NCBI GenBank assembly: GCA_003990765.1
Contig: RBNJ01000266.1
Coordinates: forward strand, 1 to 34,826
DNA from: Jimgerdemannia flammicorona
Lineage: Eukaryota
Direction of reading: 5' to 3'
DNA: 34,826 bases
This document shows positions 34,157-34,826 of the stretch, in pieces. The position numbers were made by a program, and so were the translations under genes. The notes under the pieces were generated by a model that saw only the letters and a program-made list of their open reading frames with translations, did no database searches and was not told the origin of the DNA. Each line of letters begins with the position of its first letter. The first letter of the stretch is position 1.

Positions 34157-34826
34157 ATTAAGTTCTCCACAGTTGCCTGCGTCCTCGGCCTTGGCGCCGT
34201 TGCCTCTTCTGAGGTCTTCTTGGGGGAGACATTTAATGACGGAGACGCCTGGACCAAACGCTGGACTGTCTCCAACTACCGCGATGATCTTGGCAAGGTT
34301 GAACTAAGCGCCGGCAAGTGGTTCGCCGACGAGAAGGAGTTGGTCGGTCTCCAGACAACCGAGGACTACCGCTTCTACGCCCTGGCCACCTCGCTGAAGA
34401 AGCCCTTCAACAATACTGACAAGGACTTCGTCGCCCAGTTCAGCGTGAAGCACGAGCAAAAGATCGACTGCGGCGGTGGCTACCTCAAGTTCTATCCCTC
34501 CAAGTTTGACGCTAAGACCTTCAATGGCGACTCTGAATACAACATCATGTTTGGCCCCGTCCTGTGTGGCTCCAAGAACCTGGTGCACGTCATCTTCAAC
34601 TACAAGGGCACGAACCACAACTACAAGAAGACCATCACGGCTCCCACCGACACCCTCACGCACGTCTCCACTCTGATCGTCAAACCCGATCAGACCTAAA
34701 GCGTTCTGGTCGACGGCGAGGAAAAGGGCGCGGGCAGTCTCATCGAGGACTGGGACGTCCTCCCGCCCCTGAAGATCAAGGACCCCAACGCGTCCAAACC
34801 CGCTGACTGGGTGGAAGAGCCCCGGA
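34157..34826 (+). pseudogene. CRT: Calreticulin pseudogene (intronless, continues past the window end)
   Basis: Signal peptide [48 protein letters not shown]. Start codon reads ATT at 34157; TAA at 34697-34699 replaces a conserved Tyr; FGPD>FGPV. Confidence 0.92.

Overview
Eukaryotic, probably non-Dikarya fungal, transposon nest (1-~30.9 kb) followed by a CpG-normal, pseudogene-bearing segment (~30.9-34.8 kb). The nest holds three copies of one unusual Ty3/Gypsy chromovirus (A: 1-7295 minus; B: 8591-11166 minus; C: 11167-21143 plus). It also holds two related L1/Tx1-like LINEs, one full length with a 16-bp TSD, and a very decayed Ty1/Copia element. The Gypsy family encoded one long polyprotein: ~400-aa N-terminal extension, Gag/CCHC, dUTPase, a C-x-H-x12-C-x2-C linker, protease, RT, RNase H, integrase and chromodomain. 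Its ~1.8-kb LTR carries a ~364-codon ORF inside U3, with its own TATA-like box and two PPxY motifs. In copy B this U3 ORF is replaced by an unrelated ~0.66-kb segment, suggesting an exchangeable cargo slot in the LTR. All repeats show graded C->T/G->A decay at CpG and CpA (RIP-like) that tracks nesting order. The window ends in an intronless, disabled calreticulin copy, probably a retrocopy. All alignments and translations were done by eye; no database searches were run.
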